Shown here: in pieces, positions 61,539 through 64,000 of the stretch
How the letters are laid out: the number at the start of each line of letters is the position of its first letter
How positions within the stretch are numbered: position 1 is the stretch's first letter
DNA from: the human T2T-CHM13v2.0 reference genome, Homo sapiens
NCBI RefSeq assembly: GCF_009914755.1
Contig: NC_060927.1
Length of the DNA stretch: 64,000 bases
Direction: 5' to 3' (one strand)
Program-made: the position numbers and the translations under genes
The notes under the pieces: model-generated
Seen by the model: the letters and a program-made list of their open reading frames with translations, nothing else
Databases searched by the model: none
What the model was told of the DNA's origin: nothing

Positions 61539-62922
61539 TAGGGATGGCTAACTTCTTCCAATCTTGCATGGTGATGGAGGAAGTACTTGACAGTAGTTTT
61601 TTATGCGGTCTGCTTACATGAAACTGCCAGACCATCATATGGTGGGTTTGGGAAAAATGAAGGAAGTAATAGGCTAGATATATGTAAATTATGTGCTGTA
61701 AATAGACGCTGAGCACACAGAGATGAGTTAATTGGTCTGGCTACAGTGGTTTTGTCATCTCTCGTATACCTACAACTATTTATTTGTAAATTGCTTGGTA
61801 ATGGCGACTTTTTAAAAAATAATCTGTTTCAGCAGCAATGACCTAAAAAATGCAAGTACATATTTAGTTTAAAATTACTGAATTTCCCTTTCAATCCAAT
61901 TGTTATTGAAAAAAGCCAACAAACACATTGTACAGTCACAAAACTTGCACAATGTGTTTGTTGGCATTTTCAGTTCGATCCACGATTGGGACCGCAAGGC
62001 TAACAATGATATCCTGGAATCCAGAAGATAGAAAGCTGAGGGGAAAAAAATGCTGCTATTTCAGAAGTGAATACTTAGTTACGCCAAGAAAACTATGCCT
62101 GAAGATGATATTTTCATAGGTTTAATATGTGAACTTAGAAAAAGTAAACATATAATTCTGAGAAGCATGGCTTTTTTAGATTAAATTACTGTTTTTAAAT
62201 AAATTGTGTGCATTTTAAATTAATTAATCCAATTTTAATCTAATTTTTCTGATTTTATGAAGTATGCATCAATAATTGTTACTATGTTAGCTTCATTAGC
62301 AACAGAAGAAATTTCAAAAGTGTTGAATAATGCTGTTTTCCATCTAACGGAAAATTAGATTAAAACATTTTCCATCTTTCAATCAATCATTGGAACCAAA
62401 ATAAAGCTGTTGAAAGTTTATTCTGCCAGGAGTAAAAGACTGAACAATATGATAAATGTTTTCTAAAGTTCAGTTAAAAAGCTAAACATTGTTGATAGCC
62501 TTTTTATTGGTGACGAGAAGCAACTTTGGAAAAGCTTGAAAGTAATTTTATTAAAAAATCAATGAAAAATGAAAAGAAACACATTTTGTAGAAAAGAACC
62601 ATGGATAATTATGGCTACAAAACTGATTAATGCATATAAATATGTTCCAGAATAATTATTCTGCCTGCTATTTTTTAATATTTAGGTAACAAATAAAAAT
62701 AATTTTTCTGTTTTGCTTTAAGATAAGTAATTATGGTTTTGAATTTTTGAAGGATTTTCTTTTCATAAATAGTTTGAAGAGAACTCTTTTATAGGCCCAT
62801 CAGTATAGTAAAAACAATTTGTGAGTAAATAATATATTAAATGTGAAATAATTTTTTATATTTTAGTACTTTTATATTCTAAAAAAGTTTCAGTTTGAAC
62901 AATAAAGTTTTTAGTCACCCTA
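61539..62922 (+). mobile_element. hAT-Blackjack-like DNA transposon fossil with decayed transposase 5' half
   Basis: Candidate TIRs TAGGGATGGCTAA (61539) and TTAGTCACCCTA (62911-62922). Internal sequence resembles Blackjack transposase (AAGAAAACTATGCCTGAAGATGAT, AAGCATGGCTTTTTTAGA, AAAATAAAGCTGTTGAAAGTTTATTCTG). Confidence 0.65.
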
Positions 62923-62974
62923 ACTTTACTAAATATCTTCAAATAGTTCTGTGGATTGAGGGAACAAACTTACT

Positions 62975-63250
62975 TTTCCTTACATCCTTGACTGCACTTG
63001 GTATTATTAGTTGAACAGTTGCCAAGCTAATGAATGAAAGTTGGAACTTCATGTGGTTTTGACTTATATCCCCTGATTACTAATGAGCTCCAGCATCTAG
63101 TCATGTTTTATTGGTCATTTGACTTTCCTCTTTTCTGAAATGGATCTAACTAGTCACTTGTCCTGCTTTCTTCTACTGGGTTAGATTGTCTATATTTTTT
63201 CTTGTATATTTCTGAGAGTTTTTTGTCATTTTTTTTGGATATTGGTATTT
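62975..63250 (-). mobile_element. L1ME fragment (probable continuation of the 60680-61300 element)
   Basis: GTGGTTTTGACTTATATCCCCTGATTACTAATGAG..TTTATTGGTCATTTG. Confidence 0.55.
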
Positions 63251-63697
63251 TACGTATATTTTTAATAGTGCTTTTCTGGAGCTTTAAAAATACCCAAGAT
63301 AATTTTTAGAACTTATGATCTGAAGATTTTCAACAAGCCAACTTAGAAATTATTTTGTGGCTATAATGCTAACTTCAAATGAACTAAAGAATTTTGCCAC
63401 TTTAGAAAACATACTTAAAAGACATTCATTAGAAAGTGCTAAAGTGCTCAACTCTATCCATTTAATAAATATTGCACTTAAATAGTCATTTTAACAAAAT
63501 CATTTACCCTTACAGTAAGAAACAATTATTAAATGTTTTAAATTACCTAGCTCCTGGATGGTTTACTAATATTTTGTAATTGTCATTTTGGTAGTAATCA
63601 CTTAGCATACTTGTTAAACTACTGGTTCTCCAAGTCTCATTTCAGATTACAGAACCAGGATTTTGAAGGAAAATACCTAGAAATATCTGAATTTTTT

Positions 63698-63999
<302 letters not shown>

Positions 64000-64000
64000 A

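Overview
AT-rich, repeat-dense primate (most likely human) intergenic or deep-intronic DNA with no host protein-coding exon, RNA gene or CRISPR array that I can support. Every long ORF in the track comes from LINE-1, Alu, an LTR12 or a microsatellite. Content: a decayed + strand L1PA7-like element (1-4896); a minus-strand L1 (6007-9649) whose 3' part carries young pre-Ta (ACG) diagnostics while its 5' part looks like an older L1PA3/4; older L1PA15/16 and L1M fragments; Alu elements (AluJ, AluSg, AluY, AluYe5-like, FLAM, FAM); solo LTRs (THE1, MST, MLT1, LTR12, MER66-like, ERVL-like); DNA transposon fossils (Tigger3, MER47-like, hAT-Blackjack-like); MIR/L2 relics; and a ~400 bp polypyrimidine tract. 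I found no convincing new biological system. The best leads are (i) the apparently chimeric L1 that lacks a target-site duplication and abuts an orphan LTR fragment, suggesting an L1-mediated deletion, (ii) a perfect 17-bp inverted repeat (pre-miRNA-sized hairpin) inside the hAT fossil, (iii) a ~2 kb segment I cannot assign that has ordered minus-strand splice signals, and (iv) an intact LTR12 promoter. Repeat subfamily names come from my recollection of consensus sequences, not from a search, and boundaries of old elements are approximate.
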